Of a stretch of DNA of 64,000 nucleotides, positions 43,554-52,133 are shown piece by piece. This DNA is from Alphaproteobacteria bacterium. GTDB lineage: Bacteria > Myxococcota_A > UBA796 > SXON01. Location: NCBI GenBank assembly GCA_040376425.1, contig JBEIQS010000002.1, forward strand, positions 60,173 to 124,172, in the 5' to 3' direction. The notes under the pieces were generated by a model. It worked only from the letters and a program-made list of their open reading frames with translations, searched no databases and had not been told where the DNA came from. Made by a program: the position numbers and the translations under genes. The first letter of the stretch is position 1. Each line of letters opens with the position of its first letter.

Positions 43554-44903
43554 ATGTCGAAAAGTCAGGCCCCCCAACAGTCCCACCGTTCCGGCCCGGC
43601 ACCGGCTCCGTCGGGGAACGGGGCTGGGAGGGCGGCTGTCAGCCCTACAAACCAACGCGGCAACGCCTTCGCCGCACAGCAGGTCACTGCCGCGCTGGCT
43701 GCCTCTGGAAGTGCGCCCGAAAAGAAGGGCACACCTTCGGGAACCGGCGGAGCCGCGATTCCAGCATCGATTCGCAGCCGGATGGAACAGCGCTTCGGAG
43801 CCGATTTTTCCAGTGTAAAAGTGGTGATTGACCCGGAGCTGGCGAAGGCCAGCACCCAGGCATTCACGACTGGGGATACAATCCGATCGGCTTCCTCCCA
43901 GATTCTCTCGGGGTCACCTGCCGGAGACAAGCTGCTTGCCCACGAGCTTACCCACGTCGTACAGCAACGCAGCGGACGTGTTGGAAAGGGGGATGGAGAT
44001 CAAGCTGACCCCGATCCGTCTCTGGAGGCAGAAGCCCAGCGCCAAGGCGAGCAGGTGGCGGGTGACGAACCTGCCTCGGTTGGGGGCGGCCCGGACCAAT
44101 CGGCCCCCTCCCGGGAGTCCGTTCCAAAGGCTGCCCCCACGCAATCCGCCCCCGCCCAACGCGCCGGCCCTGCCATCCCCATCATCATCTGGGGTGGCAA
44201 AGCACTCGCCGCCACCACCCTCGACCACTTCATTGACTTTGCGATCGCGGCCATTCTCGGCCTTCCCGCACCGGGACTCGCCGACGACGCCATCAACTTT
44301 GCCATCAACCTCGTGCCATTCTTGGGTGAAGCCAAAAAAGTAAAGAAGATCGCCAAGCTGTTTGAGCTGGTCGACAAAGTCAGCGATTTCGTGAAGCGCA
44401 TGAAGACGCTCAACAAGGGGGGCAAGCGACTACTGGACAACATTGTCCGCGAATCTGGAAAATTGCGGGAGGCTATCGACAGCTTGGAGCTGGAGAAAGC
44501 CAAAGCTGCCTTCGGCCGGCTGATCGGGCACGTGCGCGAAGGACAGGTGGCGGCAAAACTGGGTGGAGAGTCTGGCGAAAAACTGATATTCACCGGAATG
44601 GACAAGCTCAGGGACGGCACCAAGCTCGGTACCGACATCGACGTGGTCTTCAAGGAAGGCAACGATGTCGTGTTCGGCGAAGTGAAGGCTTTGAGCGCCG
44701 GAAACCCTGTTCCTGGCACCAAGAGCTGGGATGAGTTCATGGCCAAGGCTGACATCAAGCTCGACGCGGCCAAGAAGTACAGCGATCTGGAGGGCGTTAC
44801 CACCAAGCTCCGGTACTATGTGGACGAGATCTCTGACGAAGCACGGCAGGCGTTGGAGGCCAAAGGCATTGACGTCGTCTTGAACGGAACCATCTTGAAT
44901 TGA
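43554..44903 (+). CDS. DUF4157 (zincin-like HExxH) N-terminal domain polymorphic toxin with PD-(D/E)xK-like C-terminal domain
   Basis: Trimmed to ATG 43554. RMEQRFGADFSSVKV...LLAHELTHVVQQ is the DUF4157 hallmark. The C-terminus has GTDIDVVF...VVFGEVKAL. The 3' third is visibly lower in GC: 29 G+C in the 60 nt from 44341. Confidence 0.7.
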   Translation: MSKSQAPQQSHRSGPAPAPSGNGAGRAAVSPTNQRGNAFAAQQVTAALAASGSAPEKKGTPSGTGGAAIPASIRSRMEQRFGADFSSVKVVIDPELAKASTQAFTTGDTIRSASSQILSGSPAGDKLLAHELTHVVQQRSGRVGKGDGDQADPDPSLEAEAQRQGEQVAGDEPASVGGGPDQSAPSRESVPKAAPTQSAPAQRAGPAIPIIIWGGKALAATTLDHFIDFAIAAILGLPAPGLADDAINFAINLVPFLGEAKKVKKIAKLFELVDKVSDFVKRMKTLNKGGKRLLDNIVRESGKLREAIDSLELEKAKAAFGRLIGHVREGQVAAKLGGESGEKLIFTGMDKLRDGTKLGTDIDVVFKEGNDVVFGEVKALSAGNPVPGTKSWDEFMAKADIKLDAAKKYSDLEGVTTKLRYYVDEISDEARQALEAKGIDVVLNGTILN

Positions 44904-44907
44904 GGCG

Positions 44908-45522
44908 ATGATGGCTTGGTTTCCCCTTGTGGCTCTGTACCCCCGCACGCGGCAGCCTGCACTGTTGGAGTCACTGCAGCGGGCCTTCCCGGACGCTGTT
45001 TTGCGCCCGTCAGCGCCACGCTCGGCCAGTGCCGGCACCCACGCCGGACGATTCACCGAGTTGATCACCGGGGCCATCCATTTGCGGATACCGACCCAAA
45101 CGTCTGGCGAAGTCTTCGTCGAGTTCCTGGATTTCCCGGAGGAGGTCTATGATCAGGACGGCCCTACCCCCTCCCAAGCCGGGGCCAAACGGCAGGCTGC
45201 AATCCATGCGCTGGCGGCGCTGATCCGCGGCGGTGCACGCCTTGCGTGGCTGGCCGGCGCAGAGGACAACTACGCCGGCCAACCCGATCACTATGAGACC
45301 AGCTCCAAAATCTTCGACGCACTCGAAGAACCCGGCGCACTCACACCGCTGTTGCGCCGCCCGCTCTACTTTTGGCTGATGGCCTGCCGCACCGACGACG
45401 TCGGACTGGCCCCCCGGCTGCTGCAACGGCCCGATACCCAAGCCGTCGCCACCCCGCCGGACATCATGGTTGTGGAAGAGGTGGACGCTGCGCCACTTTT
45501 TGCTGACCGCCTGCGGCCCTAA
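44908..45522 (+). CDS. Hypothetical protein, positional candidate for toxin immunity
   Basis: It starts 4 nt after the toxin stop. No family recognised. GC is back at background level. Confidence 0.35.
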   Translation: MMAWFPLVALYPRTRQPALLESLQRAFPDAVLRPSAPRSASAGTHAGRFTELITGAIHLRIPTQTSGEVFVEFLDFPEEVYDQDGPTPSQAGAKRQAAIHALAALIRGGARLAWLAGAEDNYAGQPDHYETSSKIFDALEEPGALTPLLRRPLYFWLMACRTDDVGLAPRLLQRPDTQAVATPPDIMVVEEVDAAPLFADRLRP

Positions 45523-45547
45523 AGCCCGACCAAGACCGGAATTTCAG

Positions 45548-46945
45548 TCAAGCCTCCGTCGACGCCTCCGCCTCATCTGCCGTCTGCGCCACCCCCGGCA
45601 CCTGCGGCGCTGCCAACAAAAAGCGCCCCAGACCCAGGGCCAAGAGCCCGGCCACACCGCTCGCGCCCAGAATGCCCAGGCGGGCCGCATCCAGAAGCGC
45701 CGGATCCACAAAGGCGAGCTGTGCCACAAAGAGCGCCATGGTGAAGCCGATGCCCGCAACGGTCCCCAAGACCAGCAGATGCCGGAAGCCCAGCCCCTTG
45801 GGCAGCGCCACCCACCCCAGCCATTTTGTAAGATATACTACAATCAGAATTCCCAGAGGTTTGCCCAGCAAAAGGCCAAGCGCCACCCCGGGGATCACCC
45901 GAGCTGCATCGCCCGCCACACTGAAGCCGGCAATCGACACCCCTGCATTGGCCAACGCAAAAATCGGCATGATCCCATAGGCCACCCACGGATGCAGCGT
46001 CTCAATCAGCCCCTCAGCGGGCGACGTCGCTTCCCGACGCAGGTGATCCACCTCGGCCAGCGCCTCGGTCAACGCGTGCCCCTGCAGCTCGCGCAGGTCA
46101 CGCTGCCCCTCCACATGGCGTTGCAAGCCTGCGATCAGACCATCCACCCCCACCCAGGCACGCACCGGGGTCAACAACCCCAGAATTACCCCCGCGATCG
46201 TGGGATGAATACCCGCCGCATACACTCCCGCCCACAGCACCACACCGGCGGGCACATAGGCCCACCTCGACCGGACGCCCAGCCCCTGCAGCAGAAAGAC
46301 GCCGGCAATCCCCGCCCCAGCAACCGCGAAGCCCGACCACTGCAGACCCTCGCTATAAAAGAGGGCGATCACCAGAATTGCGCCCAGATCGTCGATCACC
46401 GCCACCGCCAACAACAGCACCCGCAGTGCCGCAGGCACCCGCTTTCCCAGGAGCGCCAGCACTCCCACCGCAAAGGCGATGTCCGTAGCCATGGGCACCC
46501 CCCAGCCACTCCGCGTGGTCGGCCCCCCCGCGATGGCCAGATAGATCAGGGCCGGGGCGATCATTCCGCCAATGGCCGCGGCCACTGGCAGCGCCGCCCG
46601 ACGCAGCTCTGAAAGCTCGCCATGGTGGATCTCCCGCCGGATTTCCAGGCCCACTACAAAAAAGAAGATCACCATCAGCCCATCGTTCACGATCCAGGCC
46701 AGATCGCGTGCGAAAGACCAACCACCCAGAGAAATACCCACCTTCAGTGCCCAAAAATCGGCCACCTGCCCCGACCAGGGCGAGTTGGCCAAAGCCAAGG
46801 CCACGGCCGCAGCCACCAACAGCAGAATGCCGCTGGCGGCCTCGATCGCCAGAAAACGCTCCAGCGGCAAACGGGCGAAGCGTGCGAGTTTTTGGAGGGG
46901 GGCCCATGCGCCCGGAGGGGGGGAAGGAGAAGGCGGAGCCGCCAT
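45548..46945 (-). CDS. nhaA: Na+/H+ antiporter NhaA
   Basis: VVGLEIRREI and AVAVIDDLGAILVIALFY motifs are present, with about 12 TM helices. Confidence 0.9.
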   Translation of the reverse strand: MAAPPSPSPPPGAWAPLQKLARFARLPLERFLAIEAASGILLLVAAAVALALANSPWSGQVADFWALKVGISLGGWSFARDLAWIVNDGLMVIFFFVVGLEIRREIHHGELSELRRAALPVAAAIGGMIAPALIYLAIAGGPTTRSGWGVPMATDIAFAVGVLALLGKRVPAALRVLLLAVAVIDDLGAILVIALFYSEGLQWSGFAVAGAGIAGVFLLQGLGVRSRWAYVPAGVVLWAGVYAAGIHPTIAGVILGLLTPVRAWVGVDGLIAGLQRHVEGQRDLRELQGHALTEALAEVDHLRREATSPAEGLIETLHPWVAYGIMPIFALANAGVSIAGFSVAGDAARVIPGVALGLLLGKPLGILIVVYLTKWLGWVALPKGLGFRHLLVLGTVAGIGFTMALFVAQLAFVDPALLDAARLGILGASGVAGLLALGLGRFLLAAPQVPGVAQTADEAEASTEA

Positions 46946-47061
46946 TGCGTCACCTCGGCCAATGCCGAAGAGATGGCGGCCCGACCATCCCGGATCCTGC
47001 AGTCAAGGACTGCACCCCTTCCGTGCCGATTAACCCGCCGATGTGCCGCTGTAAATGTGGA

Positions 47062-48495
47062 CTACTTGAAATCGGCCAACAGCTTCTGCACTTCACCCCG
47101 ATAGCGGCGCGTGCGCACGTCCACATCCGGCGGAGGCTCCGGAATCTCGACCAGGATTGCCTCCAAAACCGTCTTCCCCTCTGCCATCTTCCCCTGCGCC
47201 TTCAGCACCTTCGCCAGTAGCATGGATGCGCGCAGGCGCTGATCGCCAAAGCTGTACTGCAGCGCCGCCCGCGCCGCGGCCTCCGCTCCCGAAAGATCCC
47301 CAGCATCCAGCCGAATGCGCCCCAGCACATAGTGAAAGGTGAACTCGTTGGGAAAGCTCTGAATCGCGCCGGCCAGCAGCTTTTCCGCCTCGGCGCGCTG
47401 CCCCAGCTCGGCGTAGAGGTCGGCCAGACCGGTGTAGTAGCCCTTGTCGGCCACGGGATCACCGGTCAGCCGCTCCCGATAGAGCAAAAGTGCCGCCGCC
47501 TTCCAGACCGCCGCGTCCTTCTGCTGGGCCGCCAGGACCTCCAGGTAGGCGGGCGCATCCACCCCCGTAAGCAACAGCGGCACAAAAAGGCCCGGCTCCT
47601 GCGGAAGTAGCTCAATCGCATCAAAAACCCAGCCCCCCTCCGGCGCCCGGTTCTCCAGGAGCCAGCGCGCATCCTCCGCATGGCCGTCCAGGATCAACCG
47701 GGCGATACGCAGATCCACCCCGTCCTGCCCATCCCACAGGTAGCGCCGTGCCGCATCCAGCTTGCCAGCCTCCGCCAACCGTCGGGCCGCCAGCGAAGCC
47801 TCCGCCCCCTTGAGCGGCAGCCCCTTCTCCAGCTCCGCCAGCGGTCGCAGACTGGAGAGCGAGCTGACCCAGGCCGAAAACGCCACCTCACCGGGATAGC
47901 CCACCAGCCGATCCACCTCGTTTCCCGCGGTATCTACGGCCAAAATCGTCGGATAGCCACCCACGGAATACTGGTCTTTGAGTGCCCAGGACTCCGGACG
48001 ATCCACATCCACACGCTCCACCACAAAAGGAGCCAACAACGCGGCGTCTTCCGGATCCTCCAACACCTCGGCGATCAGCAGGTTGCAGGGCGGACACCAG
48101 ACCGCGCCGAAATCGATCAGCCGTACCACGCCCGCGCCGGCCTTTGGAGGCAGTACCGGGGGAGGCTGCGGCGCCCAAGACAGGCTTCCTTTGCGACCTT
48201 TCGCCTCACCCTCGCCCACAAAACGTACGGAGCGACAGGTGGTAGAGCCGTCCGCACAGAAGGCCAGCTCCGCCTCCACCCGCAGCGGTCCGGGAGCCAC
48301 CCGAAAGCCCATGCCCTCCGGATCGCCTACGGTTTCCAGCAGCAGGCTGCGGCCGCCCTGCTCCACACGGATGCGGGACGGGGCCTCCCCCACATGCTCC
48401 CCCGGCAATGGTTCCACGTGGAACACAGCCTGGCTGCCCTTCCAGCGCAGCTCCAGGGCAGGCTCGGCCAGGGCCAGGGGCATCCAGAAGATCAT
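47062..48495 (-). CDS. Thioredoxin-fold plus TPR-repeat protein
   Basis: Trimmed to ATG 48495. FGAVWCPPCN is a thioredoxin active-site motif. The C-terminal half has TPR-like helices. Confidence 0.65.
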   Translation of the reverse strand: MIFWMPLALAEPALELRWKGSQAVFHVEPLPGEHVGEAPSRIRVEQGGRSLLLETVGDPEGMGFRVAPGPLRVEAELAFCADGSTTCRSVRFVGEGEAKGRKGSLSWAPQPPPVLPPKAGAGVVRLIDFGAVWCPPCNLLIAEVLEDPEDAALLAPFVVERVDVDRPESWALKDQYSVGGYPTILAVDTAGNEVDRLVGYPGEVAFSAWVSSLSSLRPLAELEKGLPLKGAEASLAARRLAEAGKLDAARRYLWDGQDGVDLRIARLILDGHAEDARWLLENRAPEGGWVFDAIELLPQEPGLFVPLLLTGVDAPAYLEVLAAQQKDAAVWKAAALLLYRERLTGDPVADKGYYTGLADLYAELGQRAEAEKLLAGAIQSFPNEFTFHYVLGRIRLDAGDLSGAEAAARAALQYSFGDQRLRASMLLAKVLKAQGKMAEGKTVLEAILVEIPEPPPDVDVRTRRYRGEVQKLLADFK

Positions 48496-49181
48496 GCGAG
48501 GCTCCGATGCAGGGCCAGGCAAAGGGCCGGCCAGTTTTGAGAGGGCGGAAACGCAGGCAGACCTGCTATTGTAGCACATCTCGCCTGAAGCTCATGATAC
48601 CAATCTTTTTCAACAGACTCCTCTATCCGTAGAGGCAGTCCCAAAAAGTCGGCGAGGCGGTCCAGGTGGCGTTCCTGCCAGGCGCGATCCGGGTCGGCAG
48701 GCAGACTCAGCAGGCGTTCAAGCGGCCCGTGGAGGGCATGGAAAGCGGGCAACCACCGCTCCCACAGCAGCACCCCCAGGTACAGGCGGCAGGCCAGCTC
48801 CACCTCGCGCACCGGCTCCAGGTGCAGCAGGCTCTGCTCCACCAGCCCATCCGTCTCGCCGACCATACACTCCAAGGCCCGGTTCTGAACCACTTCAATT
48901 GCGTTGGCAAAGACTTCCGCATCCGACCAGGCGGAGGTGGCATGCAGGTGGGCCGCGTGGATCCCGTCGCTCAGCTCCTGCGCCGCCATCGCCAGCCACT
49001 CCGCACGGTCCACAGGAACTTCTTCGCGATCTTCGCTGGCCATCACCGAAGTGCGCAGCAGCGTCCCTATCACCCGCCAGAACAGCGGCGGCAGGGCTTC
49101 CGCTGCCCCGTGGCGACGCCGAGCCGACTCGGTCACCAGACCCCACAGCGCCCCTTCCGGTACTTTGATGTCCCCGCTCAT
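48492..49181 (-). CDS. Hypothetical protein
   Basis: 229-aa ORF with an ATGA overlap to the downstream thioredoxin/TPR gene. No family recognised. Confidence 0.45.
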   Translation of the reverse strand: MSGDIKVPEGALWGLVTESARRRHGAAEALPPLFWRVIGTLLRTSVMASEDREEVPVDRAEWLAMAAQELSDGIHAAHLHATSAWSDAEVFANAIEVVQNRALECMVGETDGLVEQSLLHLEPVREVELACRLYLGVLLWERWLPAFHALHGPLERLLSLPADPDRAWQERHLDRLADFLGLPLRIEESVEKDWYHELQARCATIAGLPAFPPSQNWPALCLALHRSLA

Positions 49182-49217
49182 CTGCCCTCCTCCGCAGGAC
49201 GCGATATATCCGCTGCC

Positions 49218-49883
49218 GTGAGCGCCGCTATCCCCTTGGAGTCCCGAATCCGCCCGATCGAAGTCTATGCTTCGGTGCAGGGGGAGAGCACGTGGGTGGG
49301 CGTGCCCTGCGTATTTATACGCTTGGCAGGCTGTAACCTTCGTTGTACCTGGTGTGACTCAACCTTCACTTTTAAGGGCGGCCAGCACCGCTCCATCGAC
49401 GAGGTCTTGGACGAGGTGGCGGCGTTCGGGATTCCCCTGGTGGAAGTGACCGGCGGGGAGCCGCTGGTACATCGGCAGGCCATCCCGCTGATGGCCCGAC
49501 TTCTGGAGCGTGGGCATACCGTTCTGCTGGAGACCAGCGGCAGCCGGGACATCTCGCAGGTGCCCGACGGGGTCCACATCATCCTGGACCTGAAGCCGCC
49601 GGACTCGGGAGAGGAAGCGGCAAACCTGTGGACGAACATTCCCCTCCTCAAGTCGAAGGACGAGGTGAAGTTTGTGATCGCCTCGCGACGTGACTACGAG
49701 TGGGCGCGGGAAAAGCTGCGCGAATTCGAGCTGAACCTGCGCTGCACCGTGCTGTTTTCGCCGGTGTTCGGACAGGTCGCCCCCCTGGATCTCGTCAACT
49801 GGATCCTGGAGGATCGCCTGCCGGTACGTTTTCAATTGCAATTACACAAGGTGCTTTGGCCACCCGATCAACGGGGCGTGTAG
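49218..49883 (+). CDS. queE: 7-carboxy-7-deazaguanine synthase QueE (radical SAM)
   Basis: VQGESTWVGVPCVFIRLAGCNLRCTWCDS (CxxxCxxC) and VEVTGGEPL are present. The start is uncertain (GTG 49218 or TTG 49236). Confidence 0.8.
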   Translation: MSAAIPLESRIRPIEVYASVQGESTWVGVPCVFIRLAGCNLRCTWCDSTFTFKGGQHRSIDEVLDEVAAFGIPLVEVTGGEPLVHRQAIPLMARLLERGHTVLLETSGSRDISQVPDGVHIILDLKPPDSGEEAANLWTNIPLLKSKDEVKFVIASRRDYEWAREKLREFELNLRCTVLFSPVFGQVAPLDLVNWILEDRLPVRFQLQLHKVLWPPDQRGV

Positions 49884-49903
49884 ACAGCTTTGGGAGAGAG
49901 CCG

Positions 49904-50110
49904 ATGGAAAAAATGATCCTGAAGATCGACGGCATGACCTGCGGCGGCTGCGTGGTGTCCGTGACCAACGCGCTCAACCGGGTGGCCGGCGTCCAGAGAG
50001 TGGACGTTTCACTCGAGAAAAAAGAGGCCGTCGTCTACGGCGTCGGTCTACAGTCCCCGCGCCTGCACACGGCGGTCGAGGATGCAGGCTTTGAAGTGGG
50101 CGCTCAGTAG
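49904..50110 (+). CDS. copZ: Copper chaperone CopZ-like HMA protein
   Basis: 68 aa, MEKMILKIDGMTCGGCVVSV.... Confidence 0.8.
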   Translation: MEKMILKIDGMTCGGCVVSVTNALNRVAGVQRVDVSLEKKEAVVYGVGLQSPRLHTAVEDAGFEVGAQ

Positions 50111-50574
50111 CTGGCCCGCAGCGGCAACATCAGAATCCCGTCCTGATACTTGGGACCGGCCACGATGAAGGTGCCATTCCGATTGATGCTGACCGTGGTG
50201 TCCAACAGTTTTCCGTCCCGGTTGGACATCTCCACCCGCACACGGGCGCGCTCGTCGTCCACCGAAACCAGGGTGACCTTGACGCGCCGGTCCCCCTCCA
50301 CCGAAAAGGTGGCGCCGTCCCCCACGGCCACCGGGGCGCGCTGGGTGGAGAGCAGCCAGTAGCCCTGGTATTTGAAGTAGCGGAAGGAGGAGGCCAGCGA
50401 CGCGAGGCGCGGGTCCACACCCGGTCGCGACTCGGTAGCATGGACCACCATCAGCTCCATCGACACCTGGCGCACGCCGGCCTGTGCCGAAGGGGGCGGA
50501 GGAGGTCGGTTTTGCGCAAAGGAGCTCAAGGGCGCGAAGGCCAGGAGCAGCGCGAGGGCAAGTCGTCGGGTCAC
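50104..50574 (-). CDS. Hypothetical secreted protein (last gene of the ECF sigma operon)
   Basis: Signal peptide MTRRLALALLLAFAPLSSFA. Its stop overlaps the convergent copZ stop region by 7 nt. Confidence 0.5.
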   Translation of the reverse strand: MTRRLALALLLAFAPLSSFAQNRPPPPPSAQAGVRQVSMELMVVHATESRPGVDPRLASLASSFRYFKYQGYWLLSTQRAPVAVGDGATFSVEGDRRVKVTLVSVDDERARVRVEMSNRDGKLLDTTVSINRNGTFIVAGPKYQDGILMLPLRASY

Positions 50575-51413
50575 AGTGGCACCGCCTTGTCAGGAGCTGC
50601 GCCTTCATCCACCAGAATGAAGGTAGGTCCGTTCTCTTCAAATTGCATCACCTGCACGGAGGCCGTCGCCGAGGCGGAGAGGTCCTCGACCTCGGCCACG
50701 TTGCGATCCGCCAGGACAAAGGCATCTTCCTGCGAAGGGGACTGACCCACACGCAGCACGAAGAAGGCCATCGCCGCCACGGCCGCGAGGCTCACCAGCG
50801 CCGCAACCCAGGGCATCCGCCGGGAAGCCGACGGGGTGGCAGGCCGCGGGATGTCGCGCTGCGCCGTGCTGCTGCGGATTTTTGTCGAGGGACGGGCAGT
50901 TTTCGCTTCCAACGCGCCCATCACACCGGCTTCCAGATCCACGTCGGTGCCCAGCGCCTGCTGCAGCGCCTCCCCACGCGACTTCTCCGAAGAAGCCAAG
51001 TCCAACGACGTAAAGATGTCCGCTTCCAGATCCACCGGTGCGCGCAAGGCCGCCACCAGCTCCGCCCGGGGCAGCGTGGCGTCCAGGGCGGCAAAGATGT
51101 CGCCCTCCAGATCCACCACCTCGGCCAGGGCTGCGCGCAGCGGCGCACGGGGGGAGGCGGCGTCCAGGGCGGCAAAGATGTCGCCCTCCAGGTCCACCTC
51201 CGCCAACAGCTCCTTCTGAATCCCCGCGGAGGCCGATTGGGCCTGCAACGCGGAAAAAATGTCTTCTTCCAGATCGACGGGCCCCGCAAGCTGGCGGAGC
51301 ACCGTCAGGTCAGGCGTCGTGAGCGCCTGCATCACTGCCTCTTCCAACCCAGGATCCACCTCGTCTTCGACGAGGCTGGAGCGCAGCAGGCGGCTTAGCA
51401 GCTCCTCAGACAT
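50571..51413 (-). CDS. Putative membrane-spanning anti-sigma factor with five 27-aa VDLExDIFxAL repeats
   Basis: Located downstream of the ECF sigma gene. It has a single TM helix (WVAALVSLAAVAAMAFFVL). Repeats start at residues 46, 73, 100, 127 and 158. Confidence 0.45.
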   Translation of the reverse strand: MSEELLSRLLRSSLVEDEVDPGLEEAVMQALTTPDLTVLRQLAGPVDLEEDIFSALQAQSASAGIQKELLAEVDLEGDIFAALDAASPRAPLRAALAEVVDLEGDIFAALDATLPRAELVAALRAPVDLEADIFTSLDLASSEKSRGEALQQALGTDVDLEAGVMGALEAKTARPSTKIRSSTAQRDIPRPATPSASRRMPWVAALVSLAAVAAMAFFVLRVGQSPSQEDAFVLADRNVAEVEDLSASATASVQVMQFEENGPTFILVDEGAAPDKAVPL

Positions 51414-51554
51414 AGATCGGATCCTCTTTCCCGCCGGAGCAAAACGCCAAGGTGGCGGGCCATCGTGCGGGGAAAGCCACGACAGCCATCTGTCCCTTGG
51501 ACGACGGTGCCTTCCAGATATTCACGGCGGCTCTTTCTTCTGCCTTTCGCGCGC

Positions 51555-52133
51555 TCACAGCAGCTCCTTGAGCGTGGTCTGGAGCTTCTTGCGCGCGTAG
51601 AACAGGCGGCTCATCACCGTTCCTTCCGGAAGATCCAGCATATCTGCGATCTCCTTGTAGGAGAAGCCCTCCACCTCGCGCAGCAGCACCACCTCGCGGT
51701 GCTCCTCCGGTAGCTGGCCCAGCGCGGCAAGAATGGTAGCTTGTAGCTCCTTTCTCTGGAGAGCCTTTTGCGGGTTGTCCGGGGCGGGCATGGGATCGAT
51801 GGGCGCCTCATCGTCGGACTGGCCGATGGACTCGTCAAAAGAGCTGGTCTTCCGCCGCTGACCCCGCCGGCAGTGATCGATGGCCAGGTTCATGGAGATG
51901 CGGTAGATCCAGGTGTAGAAGCTGGATTCGATCCGAAAGCTGCTCAGGCTCTCGTAGGCCTTGATGAAGGCATTCTGCGTGATGTCCCTGGCATCTTCTG
52001 GGTTGCGAACCATGCCGAGCACCATCGCATGAAGACGATTTTGGTAGCGCCGCACGATAAAGCGGTAGGCGTCACGGTCGCCCGCAAGCACCCGGGTCAC
52101 AATCTCTGCGTCGCTGCGTTCCTGATTTTCCAT
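51555..52133 (-). CDS. ECF-type RNA polymerase sigma-70 family factor
   Basis: Region 2 DARDITQNAFIKAYESL and region 4 REVEGFSYKEIADMLDLPEGTVMSRLFYARKKL are present. Confidence 0.85.
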   Translation of the reverse strand: MENQERSDAEIVTRVLAGDRDAYRFIVRRYQNRLHAMVLGMVRNPEDARDITQNAFIKAYESLSSFRIESSFYTWIYRISMNLAIDHCRRGQRRKTSSFDESIGQSDDEAPIDPMPAPDNPQKALQRKELQATILAALGQLPEEHREVVLLREVEGFSYKEIADMLDLPEGTVMSRLFYARKKLQTTLKELL

